Assembly (NCBI GenBank): GCA_028821785.1
Contig: JAPKFC010000002.1
Coordinates: forward strand, 2,929-66,928
From: Candidatus Poseidoniaceae archaeon
Lineage (GTDB): Archaea > Thermoplasmatota > Poseidoniia > Poseidoniales > Poseidoniaceae
DNA length: 64,000 nt
Direction: 5' to 3'
Numbering within the stretch: position 1 is the stretch's first letter; each line of letters starts with the position of its first letter. The notes under the pieces were generated by a model that saw only the letters and a program-made list of their open reading frames with translations, was not told the DNA's origin and did not search any database. Of the stretch, positions 28,224-38,515 are shown in pieces. The position numbers and the translations under genes were made by a program.

Positions 28224-29363
28224 ATGGCACAAATGTGGATTACAATGGGACCTCAACACCCGATGACTCACGGTCTTTGGACACTGCGCGTCAAAGTTGA
28301 TGGCGAAACTATCGTCGATACCGATGCCGAACTTGGATACATCCATCGCGGTGTTGAGAAGATTTGCGAATCACGTGATTTCACTCAAATCACTCCTTAT
28401 TGCGACCGTCTTTGCTACGTATCTGCAATGACTTGGGCAAACTCATACATCTATGCAGCAGAAGACCTGCTAGAGGCCGAAGTTCCTGAAAGGGCAGAAT
28501 TCATACGATTAATCTCTGCAGAATTACAACGTCTTGCTTCACACTTGATGTGGCTTGGCGCATTTGGACCGGATATTGGCTCTCTAACATTGATGACTTG
28601 GTGTATGCGTGATAGAGAGATGTTCTTGGATTTGCTGCAAGAATTAGGCGGTTCAAGAATGCATTACAATTATCCTCGTATCGGTGGAGTCAAGCGAGAT
28701 ATTCCAATTGGTTTCGCTGACCGCATGATCGCTAAAATCAAATTATTCGAGAGGAGAATCGAAGAATATGAAATGCTACTCGATGAATCAACAATTTGGT
28801 TAGTGCGTTTACAAGGTGTTGGCTACACAAAGGCAGAAGATATGGTCGATGCAGGTGTGTCAGGACCAAATGTTCGCGCTGCTGGTGTAAACTATGACGT
28901 TCGCTGGGCCCATCCTTATTCTGTTTATGACCAAGTAGATTGGGAGCCGGCTGTTGAGAAACCAACTTCTGTCAAAGGAGCCGATTGCTATGACCGATAT
29001 AGAGTAAGAATGGAAGAGATGCGCCAATCCAGCAAGATGATTCTAGATGCTATTGAGAAAATACCAGGTGGCAAGAACACCAACTACTCAACAGGAGATG
29101 AAATGATTTTGACAAAGGCTCCTACCAGAGCTCCTGAAGGAGCAACAGGCTTCTCTAACTACGAATGTACTCGTGGTGCTTCGCAATTTTTCATCAAAGG
29201 TGGCGGCGAAGGTCGCGGTAAGAATCCGTATCGGTTGTCAATTCGTTCACCGATGTTCATAACAATTCCATTCGTAGCCGATACAATGATCGGTTACAAA
29301 ATCGCAGACATACCTGCGATCATGGGTAGTTTTGACCCTTGTATTGGAGAGACGGACCGTTGA
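28224..29363 (+). CDS. nuoD: NADH-quinone oxidoreductase subunit D (49 kDa)
   Basis: MWITMGPQHPMTHGLWTLRVKVDGETIVDTDAELGYIHRGVEKICE. ATG at 28224 is preceded by GAGGTGA. The ORF-track start at 28035 overlaps nuoC and was rejected. Confidence 0.95.
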   Translation: MAQMWITMGPQHPMTHGLWTLRVKVDGETIVDTDAELGYIHRGVEKICESRDFTQITPYCDRLCYVSAMTWANSYIYAAEDLLEAEVPERAEFIRLISAELQRLASHLMWLGAFGPDIGSLTLMTWCMRDREMFLDLLQELGGSRMHYNYPRIGGVKRDIPIGFADRMIAKIKLFERRIEEYEMLLDESTIWLVRLQGVGYTKAEDMVDAGVSGPNVRAAGVNYDVRWAHPYSVYDQVDWEPAVEKPTSVKGADCYDRYRVRMEEMRQSSKMILDAIEKIPGGKNTNYSTGDEMILTKAPTRAPEGATGFSNYECTRGASQFFIKGGGEGRGKNPYRLSIRSPMFITIPFVADTMIGYKIADIPAIMGSFDPCIGETDR

Positions 29364-29371
29364 GGTGATTT

Positions 29372-30883
29372 GTGATGGATGATGTATACGACCTACGTTC
29401 TTTACTGTTCAACATCTGTGATAAGATAGTTGACAAATCGCTAACTGGAACTCCCCTAGAAAGCCAAATTGGAGTAATTTCCTTTGGCTTGGGAACTTTC
29501 GTAATCGTTAACGTTGTCTTTTTGCTGCTATTCTTTTCCCAATTTGCAATTCTTTGGATTGAGAGGAAATGGTGCGCTCGTATGCAGGACCGCCGTGGTG
29601 CAACTACGGCACTTCGTTCCCTTTGGGTCGGCGAAAATGGTCAAACAGCAGGAGAATGGTGGAACATGCTTCCGTATGGAGCTGGCAAACCGGTTGGCAT
29701 GTTAAATGGCTGGCTCAACAAAAATTTCGGTAATAGAGATGAAAAACACGCAATGGTAGACCGAGTCAACAATCGTTCATGGATGGGATTACCAATTCTA
29801 CCAGGATTCTTCCAAAATGTTGCCGATGGAATGAAATTCCTTCTCAAGGAACACATGGTTCCACAACGAGCCGATAAATTGATTTTCGAAGTATCCCCGT
29901 TCCTCATCGTCTCAACAACACTACTTATTCTTGGGCTGATTCCTCTATCCAGTGGAATATATGCTACAAACCCTGAATTATCAATTTTGTATATTATTGC
30001 AATCTTCGGAATCGCACCTATCGGTGTATTTTTCGCAGGATGGTCCAGCAATAACAAGTATACACTGATCGGCGGAATTCGTTCAGCGGCCCAACTTACT
30101 TCCTATGAGATACCACTTCTTCTCACTTTGTTGAGTGTAAGTATTATCACTGGGACATTCAATATCATTGAAAGTATTCACTTCCAACATTCAGCAGGAG
30201 CATGGAATATTTTCCTTATGCCTCTTGGAGGGGCGTTATTCCTCTTGACTATGATAGCGGAGGTTGAACGTGTTCCTTTCGACATGCCTGAAGCGGAAGC
30301 AGAACTCGTTGAAGGTTGGTGGACTGAGTATGGTGGAATGAGATTCGGTATGCTATTTATGGCAGAATATATCCGAACTTATGCTGCTTGTTTCCTCTTT
30401 ACCCATTTCTTCCTTGGCGGATGGCATCTACCATTTCAAGGAACAATAGGTTCCATTGAGTTCCTTGGACTTGGTTCGCTCTATCTATTAATCCCAGGCG
30501 CAGTTGTAACATTGGTAAAGGCTTGGCTTGTATTCCTTGTAGTATTCGTAATGGCACGTTTCGCTTTGGCTCGTATCCGAACAGACCAAATCTTAGAATT
30601 CGGCTGGAGAGTACTATTGCCACTTTCAGTTCTCCAAGTTGTCTTGGCAGTAATTTACAGATTGTGGTTATTCGACCCAACTGCAGTATCTGATACAGTT
30701 GCTGGTGGTATGGCATGGAATGCATTTGGCATTCCACACTTCGTTCCAATTGTAACAACTGTATTTTGGCTCGCATTATTCTTCTTGATGTTAAGGGATG
30801 AAGACAAAGATGCTAGTCCTGAAAGAATGTTCCATGTACAAACAATGCAGCCTGCGGGAAAGCACATCCCGGGGCAGGAGTGA
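29372..30883 (+). CDS. nuoH: NADH-quinone oxidoreductase subunit H (ND1) with N-terminal/loop insertions
   Basis: Conserved EVERVPFDMPEAEAELVEGWWTEYGGMRFGMLFMAEY. At 503 aa it is ~150 aa longer than a typical NuoH. Confidence 0.9.
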   Translation: MMDDVYDLRSLLFNICDKIVDKSLTGTPLESQIGVISFGLGTFVIVNVVFLLLFFSQFAILWIERKWCARMQDRRGATTALRSLWVGENGQTAGEWWNMLPYGAGKPVGMLNGWLNKNFGNRDEKHAMVDRVNNRSWMGLPILPGFFQNVADGMKFLLKEHMVPQRADKLIFEVSPFLIVSTTLLILGLIPLSSGIYATNPELSILYIIAIFGIAPIGVFFAGWSSNNKYTLIGGIRSAAQLTSYEIPLLLTLLSVSIITGTFNIIESIHFQHSAGAWNIFLMPLGGALFLLTMIAEVERVPFDMPEAEAELVEGWWTEYGGMRFGMLFMAEYIRTYAACFLFTHFFLGGWHLPFQGTIGSIEFLGLGSLYLLIPGAVVTLVKAWLVFLVVFVMARFALARIRTDQILEFGWRVLLPLSVLQVVLAVIYRLWLFDPTAVSDTVAGGMAWNAFGIPHFVPIVTTVFWLALFFLMLRDEDKDASPERMFHVQTMQPAGKHIPGQE

Positions 30884-30894
30884 GGTGATTAGAT

Positions 30895-31869
30895 ATGCCA
30901 ATGCATCCAAGAGCGCAACCAAATTTTAGAAACCTATTCTGGTACCCATTTAAGATTACACTGATCACCGCATTGCGGACCTTCCCATTCATTGGCAAGA
31001 GGTGGGGTCACAAAATGGGAGCGTATCACAATACCGAACATCCAGAGTTTTTGGATGAAGCTACAAAGAATAGAATGGCCAGTAATGCCCACATCAATGA
31101 TATTTCAAAGCAAAGATTTGCACCGGATAGAGTGACAACAGATTTGACACCAACTCTGTGGAAGCCTCAAACAGTTCAGTACCCATACGAAAGACTTGAA
31201 GAAATAGAGCCTTGGCTTTTCAAGCCAGGTAATTACAATGGCCGTATCGGTATTATTTGGGAAACTTGTACTGCCTGTAAGTTATGTGTTACCGCATGTC
31301 CAAACGATTGTCTTCACATGAGTACAGAATTACGCGTTGACGTATTGGATAGTGCTGATGGAGAAGATGCAGGACTTGGTGCCGATCTTGAAGTCGGAGG
31401 TTATGCTGCTTTGGCAATTGCACAAATTGATGATGAATTGGAATCATTCAACCTTGCAACTGCTCACAGTGAAGCACCTGAGCAGTGGAGATATGCAGAA
31501 GTCCTCGACCTGTCTGGAGATACTGCAACAGTTCGCTGGAATGATTCTGGTGAAGAATCCGATGTTAATACCTCAGAATTACGAACTGCAGATGAGCAAA
31601 TCGTATCCGGTAGAATTGATTTGGGAAGATGTATGTTCTGTGGATTATGTGCTGAAGCATGTGGATTCACTTCATTCTTTATGACCAACGAATATGATGG
31701 TATGTCTGGCTTTTCACGTCAAGACCTTTGGATGGATGCTAGTAGAACTCGCCTTCTGCCAACTGTCCACCAAGAAGCGGTTGATGGTGAATTAGCAAAG
31801 AGGGCAAGCAAGGAACGCACTAAGCGTGAAAAGGCTGCTGCAAGGGCTGCAACTCAGGAGAGTGCTTGA
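30895..31869 (+). CDS. nuoI: NADH-quinone oxidoreductase subunit I (2x[4Fe-4S] ferredoxin) with a ~100-aa acidic insertion and a K-rich C-terminal tail
   Basis: CTACKLCVTACP and CMFCGLCAEACG cluster motifs are separated by an acidic insert. The C-terminus is KRASKERTKREKAAARAA. Confidence 0.85.
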   Translation: MPMHPRAQPNFRNLFWYPFKITLITALRTFPFIGKRWGHKMGAYHNTEHPEFLDEATKNRMASNAHINDISKQRFAPDRVTTDLTPTLWKPQTVQYPYERLEEIEPWLFKPGNYNGRIGIIWETCTACKLCVTACPNDCLHMSTELRVDVLDSADGEDAGLGADLEVGGYAALAIAQIDDELESFNLATAHSEAPEQWRYAEVLDLSGDTATVRWNDSGEESDVNTSELRTADEQIVSGRIDLGRCMFCGLCAEACGFTSFFMTNEYDGMSGFSRQDLWMDASRTRLLPTVHQEAVDGELAKRASKERTKREKAAARAATQESA

Positions 31870-32145
31870 ATGGATATCCAAATGATTGCAGAGTCGGCAG
31901 TATTCTTTCTGTTTGCAACTATCGTTATACTCGGTGCAGTTGGAATGATATTTGCACAACGTGTTGCACATTCCATGCTTTCACTTATTTTCTGTTTCAT
32001 GGCAGTTTCAGGAATCTTCATCCTAATGGGTGCAGAGTTTTTGGCAGCGATTCAAATTTTAGTTTATCTGGCAAGTGTCGGATTGGTGGTATTATTTGCT
32101 ATCATGTTGACAAGAAGGCAAATTTTAGAGGAGGATTTTGAATGA
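31870..32145 (+). CDS. nuoJ: NADH-quinone oxidoreductase subunit J, N-terminal part (J1)
   Basis: Three-TM hydrophobic protein (FFLFATIVILGAVGMIF...) at the expected operon position. The overlapping alternate-frame ORF 31866..32141 was rejected. Confidence 0.7.
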   Translation: MDIQMIAESAVFFLFATIVILGAVGMIFAQRVAHSMLSLIFCFMAVSGIFILMGAEFLAAIQILVYLASVGLVVLFAIMLTRRQILEEDFE

Positions 32146-32435
32146 AGTTGATGTCGTCCCTTACTAGAATTGGTCTCGTAGGCCTTGGTTTTATTCTAAT
32201 CAAAGTTGTATCAGATGCATCGACTTGGCAATCATCAAAGAATCCGGACATGTATCCAACCAATGCTGGATTAGCATCAAGTCTATTCAACGACTGGGCT
32301 CTTCCTTTGATGATACTTGGAGTTCTAATGGCTATCGCAATGATAGGCGCTGCGTATCTTGTTAGAGACGAGAGGAGAGAGAATCTTCTCTGGGAATTTA
32401 AATCAGATTCAGATGATGGAGGTGAAGAAGAATGA
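32142..32435 (+). CDS. NADH-quinone oxidoreductase subunit J, C-terminal part (J2-like)
   Basis: Small two-TM protein between nuoJ1 and nuoK with a 4-nt overlap. Split nuoJ is known in archaea. The assignment is by position. Confidence 0.45.
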   Translation: MKLMSSLTRIGLVGLGFILIKVVSDASTWQSSKNPDMYPTNAGLASSLFNDWALPLMILGVLMAIAMIGAAYLVRDERRENLLWEFKSDSDDGGEEE

Positions 32436-32734
32436 TTGATCCAGCATGGGTTTCCGGACTTTCTGCCATTTTGTTCATCATTGGACTGATAGGTGTTTTC
32501 ACAAGAAAGAATGCCATCATCGTATTGATGTGTATTGAATTAATGCTCAATGCAGCAAATATGCAATTCGCAGCAGCTGCAGTTCACCATGGTGATGCAA
32601 CCGGTTGGGTTTATGCCCTCTTCGCAATTGCAATCGCCGCTAGTGAAGTTGCTATCGGTTTAGCCATATTCTTGGCTGTTTACGGAAAGCACGAAACGAT
32701 AACTCTGGACGACATCAATGTCCTGAGTAACTGA
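32432..32734 (+). CDS. nuoK: NADH-quinone oxidoreductase subunit K (ND4L)
   Basis: LIGVFTRKNAIIVLMCIELMLNAANMQF is the typical NuoK sequence. Confidence 0.9.
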   Translation: MIDPAWVSGLSAILFIIGLIGVFTRKNAIIVLMCIELMLNAANMQFAAAAVHHGDATGWVYALFAIAIAASEVAIGLAIFLAVYGKHETITLDDINVLSN

Positions 32735-32743
32735 GGTGGTGTC

Positions 32744-34978
32744 ATGTCTGGTTCAAGTAGTTCAGAAGTAGTTCACAGTTCAATGGCTGAGTATGCACCT
32801 CTCATCATTTTATTACCGATGCTGGCAATGCCAGTAATCTTATTCTTAGGTAAGGTATTCAATACAAATCCTACCTGGAAGAATACACTAAAAGAAGGCG
32901 GAATAATTGCCTTAGTAGCAATGGGTGCATCGTTATTCATTTCATTGGCTATCATCAAGGATTACCTCGGTAGTTTCTCCAATAACGGAGATATCTTCTC
33001 TTTAACATGGCTGAATACTGCAATATGGGAAGGAGGAGCATCGACAACACCAATCTCTTTCGGTTTTGGAATTTACATCGATCACATCACTGTAATGTTA
33101 CTATTTGTAGCAGCATTCCTTTGTTTCTTAATCAATATCTTTGCGATTGGATACATGAATACAGATCCAATAAACGATAATAGAAACCATCGCTTCTATG
33201 CAGAGTTCGTATTGTTTTGTGCTGGAATGCTCGGAATGGTACTTTCAGATTCATTCCTATGGTTATTCATCTTCTGGGAGATAATGGGGCTTTGTTCATA
33301 TTTGTTAATCGGTTTCTATTACGAACGTCCAAGTGCAGCATCGGCAGCAAAGAAAGCATTCATGACCACACGTATTGGTGATGTATTCCTAATGATTGGA
33401 CTCATCATGCTTTGGGACTTATTTGGTTCATTAGATTATAGCATTGTCTTTGACCCAGCAAATATCGCAGCAGTTAGCCCTGGTTCTTTGCAAATGGCAC
33501 TCGGAATGATGTTTATCGGTGCTGTCGGTAAATCTGCACAATTCCCATTACACGTTTGGCTACCGGATGCTATGGAAGGTCCAACACCTGTTTCTGCTCT
33601 AATTCACGCAGCGACAATGGTCAATGCAGGACTGTACCTAGTTGCTCGCATGTTCCCATTCTTCGGTGCAGAATCTATGTCTGGTGAATTGATTGACTTG
33701 GCATTCATCATCGCGTCTATTGGCGGTATTACAGCGGTCATGGCCGCTGGAATTGCCTTTGTTCAAGATGATTTGAAGAAGGTATTAGCATATTCTACAA
33801 TGAGTCAACTAGGCTATGTTTTCACTGGATTAGGTGTGGCTTTATGGCTTGCAAATTCATTGGATTGGCATCACGACCCCGCAGCTCATACAATTGTAGT
33901 CGTTGCATTCGGAGCAGCCTTATTCCACTTATTCAACCATGCAATGGCAAAAGGAATGCTGTTCATGGCAAGCGGTTCAGTAATTCATGAAGTACACCAC
34001 GCGCACCACCACCTTCACCACGACGATCATGGAGATGATGACGAATTTGATGCACAATCAATGAAGAATATGGGTGGTTTAGCGAGCAAGATGCCTATTA
34101 CTGCAACAGCAATGTTAGTCGGTTCAGCATCGATTATGGGATTACCTTTGATTGGAGGGTTCTGGTCTAAGGAAGGAATCATCGCTAATGCTTGGAGAGT
34201 TGCACTCGAAGACCCGAGATTCTTATTCCCTGCAGCCTGTGTATTACTCGGTGCGGGAATGACTGGATTTTACATGACAAGAATGTGGGTCAAAACCTTT
34301 GCAGGAAAGCCAAGTAATGAAGTTGCAGCACACGTAGGTCCGACAAATAGTTGGATCAAGACTCCTCTTTTCATCCTAACATTCGTAACATTGTCATCAG
34401 TACTATTGGCTGGAATGGGCTTCACTCATTGGGCTCCAGACTCAGAATACAGTTTCCTATCAGACAAAGGTTTGGTAGATGGAATCATGTATGAACTGGG
34501 CCATGCTTTCGCAAACCATGATGCATTCTTCTTCATATTGACATATGTTGCAATCGCTCTTGGTGCAATCCTTGGACCATTTATGGCAATGTCATTATTT
34601 GGCGGCAAACTTGAGGAAGGCGAGGATTGCAAGCCTTGGTTCAAACCAGTAATATCACTCAACAACTGGGTCTACAACAAATATCACTGGGACAATACTG
34701 GAATAGCAACATCTGGTCTAGCAGTCGCTTTGCAAAACAGATTGTATATTGACAAGTACTATGATTTGGCAATGGTCAAAATAGTCGCTGGATTCTCAAA
34801 CAAGGTTGCTGAAGCCGATACAAAAATCATTGATGGTACCGTTAAGCAAATTGAAGATAAGTCACAAAAGATTTCAACTATAGTTCGCTCTCTAACAACT
34901 GGTTCCGCTCGAGATTACATTCTTTGGGTGGCGATAGGAACCTTACTGATTTTCTTCTTCATATGGGGGGTGGCTTGA
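32744..34978 (+). CDS. nuoL: NADH-quinone oxidoreductase subunit L (ND5), with a His-rich insert
   Basis: Antiporter-like with ~16 TM helices, HAATMVNAGLYLVARMFP, and an HHAHHHLHHDDHGDDDEFD insert. Confidence 0.9.
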   Translation: MSGSSSSEVVHSSMAEYAPLIILLPMLAMPVILFLGKVFNTNPTWKNTLKEGGIIALVAMGASLFISLAIIKDYLGSFSNNGDIFSLTWLNTAIWEGGASTTPISFGFGIYIDHITVMLLFVAAFLCFLINIFAIGYMNTDPINDNRNHRFYAEFVLFCAGMLGMVLSDSFLWLFIFWEIMGLCSYLLIGFYYERPSAASAAKKAFMTTRIGDVFLMIGLIMLWDLFGSLDYSIVFDPANIAAVSPGSLQMALGMMFIGAVGKSAQFPLHVWLPDAMEGPTPVSALIHAATMVNAGLYLVARMFPFFGAESMSGELIDLAFIIASIGGITAVMAAGIAFVQDDLKKVLAYSTMSQLGYVFTGLGVALWLANSLDWHHDPAAHTIVVVAFGAALFHLFNHAMAKGMLFMASGSVIHEVHHAHHHLHHDDHGDDDEFDAQSMKNMGGLASKMPITATAMLVGSASIMGLPLIGGFWSKEGIIANAWRVALEDPRFLFPAACVLLGAGMTGFYMTRMWVKTFAGKPSNEVAAHVGPTNSWIKTPLFILTFVTLSSVLLAGMGFTHWAPDSEYSFLSDKGLVDGIMYELGHAFANHDAFFFILTYVAIALGAILGPFMAMSLFGGKLEEGEDCKPWFKPVISLNNWVYNKYHWDNTGIATSGLAVALQNRLYIDKYYDLAMVKIVAGFSNKVAEADTKIIDGTVKQIEDKSQKISTIVRSLTTGSARDYILWVAIGTLLIFFFIWGVA

Positions 34979-36622
34979 TTGCAAGACCTAATTTCAATGC
35001 CTTTAGTCGGATTCCCGATTATAGCGAGTCTAATCATTATGGGAACTATCTCAAATGTGAGTGAAGAAGTCCGTGAGAAGTTGGTCAATCCAATTAGATG
35101 GGCTATCTTGTTATTCTCTTTGGGCTTGCTTGGTTTGACTACAGCAATGTTCTACAACTACTTCGGAGATCTAAATGGGTTTGAAGGAATTGCATTCAAT
35201 AGTTACGAGTTTACTGCTAGATATGCTTGGGTTGATTCATTGGGAATTTATTGGAGTGTTGGACTCGATGCCCTTTCATTCCCTATGGTTTGGTTAACAA
35301 CATTACTCCTTCCGATTACAATCATTGCAACTTGGGACGAAAAGAATGGAGCATACTATCACCCTCTAATCTTGTTAATGGGTGGAGCGTTAATCGGTGT
35401 CTTCGTTGCTCTAGACTTATTTATGTTCTATGTATTCTGGGAATTAACTCTAATTCCAATGTTCTTCTTGATTCTCAAGTGGGGTGGTGAAGACAGAAAG
35501 TATGCTGCTCAGAAATTCTTCATCTATACCTTTACAGCCTCTGTTGTAATGTTACTCGGTCTTGTAACTCTATACTTCTTACAGAACCCATTGGAACCAT
35601 TGGCTTACTCGGGTACATTGACAGGACGTACATTCGACATTCCTGAACTTGTCAACTATTCATATCATGCTAACATGAACGGAAACTGGTTTTTGGGTGC
35701 TTCAATGCAGAAGATTATCTTCGCAATGTTGATGCTCGGATTCTTGGTTAAATTACCAGCAGTTCCTTTCCATACTTGGCTTCCAGATGCGCACGTACAA
35801 GCCCCTACAGGCGGTTCAATGCTGCTTGCTGGTGTAATGCTAAAGATGGGTGCATATGGTATGTTTAGATTACCGATTGCATTATTCCCTCATGCTTTGG
35901 AATATTTCCAACTAGTGTTGATGACAATCGGTATGGTTTCACTGATTTGGGGTTCAATCGTTTGTTTAGGTCAGACCAACCTCAAGAAGATGGTTGCATA
36001 TTCATCAGTATCTCACATGGGAGTAATTTGTATCGGTATTGCTACAATGCAACCGATTGGTTGGGCTGCAGCTCTATTCATGATGTTTGCACACGGTATT
36101 ATCTCGCCTCACTTATTCGCTGTATGTGGCGCATTCAAGCACCATTACCACAGCATGGAAATTGGTTCAATGCGCGGTATGGCCAAACATTCACCTTGGC
36201 TAGCGACCTCTATGATGTTCGCATGGATGGCTTCTCTTGGACTTCCTTTACTAGCAGGCTTCGTCGCAGAATTGATGGTCTTAATCGCCCTATGGCACTT
36301 CTTAGTCGCCGAAGGCTGGAGTGTATTGTGGATGGTTGGTCCAGCACTTGTTTTGGCTGTTACAGCAGCATATTACCTATGGAGTATGCAACGTACAATC
36401 TTCGAGGGTGGAGATGAAACACAACCACCTGCTTCAATGGACGGTCAACCAATACCTGATATCGCTAACCATGAGAAGTTAGCAATGTTCGTATTAGCAA
36501 TGTTCACAATCTTGTTCGGTGTAATGCCATGGATTGCTTTGGATATGATGAACGATTGGTCCATCCAAATATTTGAAGGTCTGATAATGCCGATTCTAGG
36601 CAACTTTAACGGAGGCGTCTGA
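34979..36622 (+). CDS. nuoM: NADH-quinone oxidoreductase subunit M (ND4)
   Basis: Antiporter-like, with WLPDAHVQAPTGGSMLLAGVMLKMGAYG. The start is TTG at 34979, or ATG at 34997. Confidence 0.9.
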   Translation: MQDLISMPLVGFPIIASLIIMGTISNVSEEVREKLVNPIRWAILLFSLGLLGLTTAMFYNYFGDLNGFEGIAFNSYEFTARYAWVDSLGIYWSVGLDALSFPMVWLTTLLLPITIIATWDEKNGAYYHPLILLMGGALIGVFVALDLFMFYVFWELTLIPMFFLILKWGGEDRKYAAQKFFIYTFTASVVMLLGLVTLYFLQNPLEPLAYSGTLTGRTFDIPELVNYSYHANMNGNWFLGASMQKIIFAMLMLGFLVKLPAVPFHTWLPDAHVQAPTGGSMLLAGVMLKMGAYGMFRLPIALFPHALEYFQLVLMTIGMVSLIWGSIVCLGQTNLKKMVAYSSVSHMGVICIGIATMQPIGWAAALFMMFAHGIISPHLFAVCGAFKHHYHSMEIGSMRGMAKHSPWLATSMMFAWMASLGLPLLAGFVAELMVLIALWHFLVAEGWSVLWMVGPALVLAVTAAYYLWSMQRTIFEGGDETQPPASMDGQPIPDIANHEKLAMFVLAMFTILFGVMPWIALDMMNDWSIQIFEGLIMPILGNFNGGV

Positions 36623-36623
36623 A

Positions 36624-38441
36624 ATGTCTGAAGTAACATATATTCAACCATTTGATGATAAATTCACTACTGCTCTTTTACCGGAGTTGATATTGGTTGC
36701 TGGTTTATTTGCATTGATCATAATTCCAAATTTAGGTAAGGCCACCTTTAGGGTTCCAGGAACTCAAATTAGGTTACCATATTTCCTCGGTGGAGAGCGT
36801 TATTCACTAATATCCAATCCACGCCTACCAGGTTGGATTGCAGTTACTACACTAGTTCTGGCATTTGTAGAAGTGATGATGACCTTTGAGAGTGGATTGC
36901 AACGCTACATGATCGTTTCAGAACTACTCCCAACGACAATTAACGGGGTAACTGCAGGGGACGTATTAGTCAATGGCGGTAGTCATATACTTCCGAGTGG
37001 TTCAAAGGAATTATTACTCATAAATGGTTTCTCACGCCTATTTGAGATGATATTCTTCGGAGCAATTTCTCTCGCTGCTATCGCTAGTATGAACCGTTTG
37101 CAATCATTTGACAGTTCTGATAGAAGCACAAACGCTCTTTACAATAACCGTCGCCAAGCAGATTTCTACATCTTACTATTGACCGCTGCAATGGGAATGG
37201 CAATAGTCGCTTTAGCACAGGACTTATTCGTTCTATTCCTCGGTTTGGAGTTAGCAAGTTTCTCATCATATGTTTTAGTTGCATTCCACAAAGAATCAAA
37301 GGAAGGTACAGAAGGTGGAATGAAATATTTCATCGTAGGTTCAGTTGCATCTGGTATAGGGCTATATGGCCTTTCAATGCTATATCTGTGGGCCGGTACC
37401 CTGCAATTGGGAGAATTATCAGTTGCATTTGATGCCGCAATGGCTCCACAAGGTTCTCCAGCATTACCGCTGATTGCACTTGGGTTTATTCTGGTAGGGT
37501 TCGGTTTCAAAGTTAGCGCCGCACCTTTCCACTTTGCTGCACCGGATGCTTATGCAGGAGCAAGTTCACCAGTCGCTGGGATATTGGCAACTGCAAGTAA
37601 AGCGATGGGTATTGTCGGTTTGACTCGAATGTTGTTAATCGTTGCAAGCCCAGAGTCCAATGATGGTTCAGCAATATGGCTAGTCGCATTAGGTATTCTT
37701 TCAGTTGTTACAATGACTTGGGGCAATATCGCCGCACTAGGTTCTGACAATCCAAAGAGAATGTTAGCATATTCATCAGTTGCTCATGCAGGATACATGC
37801 TTGCTGGATTAACTGCGATTGGGGCATGGAATTGGGATCCTAAACTTGCAGGACATGGTGGAGATGCTGCAATTATGGTGATGACAGCGATACTATTCCA
37901 TTTGGTGGTATTAGTATGTTTCAAGTTAGGGGCTTTCCTTGTTCTTTCAATCCTAGAAAGCGAAGGAGAAGTTTCTAAAATGTCTAGTTTAAGAGGTCTT
38001 TCAAAGAGAGAACCGCTACTAGCAGTATCCATGTTTATCTTTATGATAAGCCTTGCAGGTGTCCCTCCAATGTCTGGATTTATGTCCAAATTATTGATGA
38101 TAATGGGAATCGTAAAGGTCGCAATTGGAAATATGGGAGATGCATTATCTAACGGAGATATTCTCAGTATTGGTGATGCACACTGGGTTTGGTGGTTAGC
38201 ATTGATCATGGTTCTTAATTCAGCGATTTCAATGTTTTATTATCTACGTGTCATCGTTACAATGTATTTCCACGAACCGGAAGGGGATCGACAAGGGCCA
38301 CTCCCGAGCGGTTGGCAAGTAAGAACAGCAATATTTGCTTGCGTAATCGCTTCAGTCTTCTTCGGAATAAATGCAGATGGATTAATCGAATTGTGTGAAA
38401 TGGCGGCAAATAGCTTAAACTATAGTTGGGCAAGTCAATAA
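36624..38441 (+). CDS. nuoN: NADH-quinone oxidoreductase subunit N (ND2)
   Basis: Antiporter-like membrane subunit at the end of the operon (FHFAAPDAYAGASSPVAG). Confidence 0.85.
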   Translation: MSEVTYIQPFDDKFTTALLPELILVAGLFALIIIPNLGKATFRVPGTQIRLPYFLGGERYSLISNPRLPGWIAVTTLVLAFVEVMMTFESGLQRYMIVSELLPTTINGVTAGDVLVNGGSHILPSGSKELLLINGFSRLFEMIFFGAISLAAIASMNRLQSFDSSDRSTNALYNNRRQADFYILLLTAAMGMAIVALAQDLFVLFLGLELASFSSYVLVAFHKESKEGTEGGMKYFIVGSVASGIGLYGLSMLYLWAGTLQLGELSVAFDAAMAPQGSPALPLIALGFILVGFGFKVSAAPFHFAAPDAYAGASSPVAGILATASKAMGIVGLTRMLLIVASPESNDGSAIWLVALGILSVVTMTWGNIAALGSDNPKRMLAYSSVAHAGYMLAGLTAIGAWNWDPKLAGHGGDAAIMVMTAILFHLVVLVCFKLGAFLVLSILESEGEVSKMSSLRGLSKREPLLAVSMFIFMISLAGVPPMSGFMSKLLMIMGIVKVAIGNMGDALSNGDILSIGDAHWVWWLALIMVLNSAISMFYYLRVIVTMYFHEPEGDRQGPLPSGWQVRTAIFACVIASVFFGINADGLIELCEMAANSLNYSWASQ

Positions 38442-38515
38442 TTACCCAATAATCACTGTATTGGTATGTGAACCCTTCAAGAAGGGTTGGCCGGTGGAGC
38501 AGTTAGGTGCAAGCA

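Noticed and set aside
31866-32141. 91-aa ORF in an alternate frame overlapping nuoJ1
   Set aside because: The Cys/Arg-rich frame is non-membrane. The 31870 frame encodes the expected hydrophobic NuoJ.
38487-38515. TTG start extending aIF-1A by 10 codons
   Set aside because: ATG at 38516 has an AGGTG RBS and matches the aIF-1A N-terminus better.
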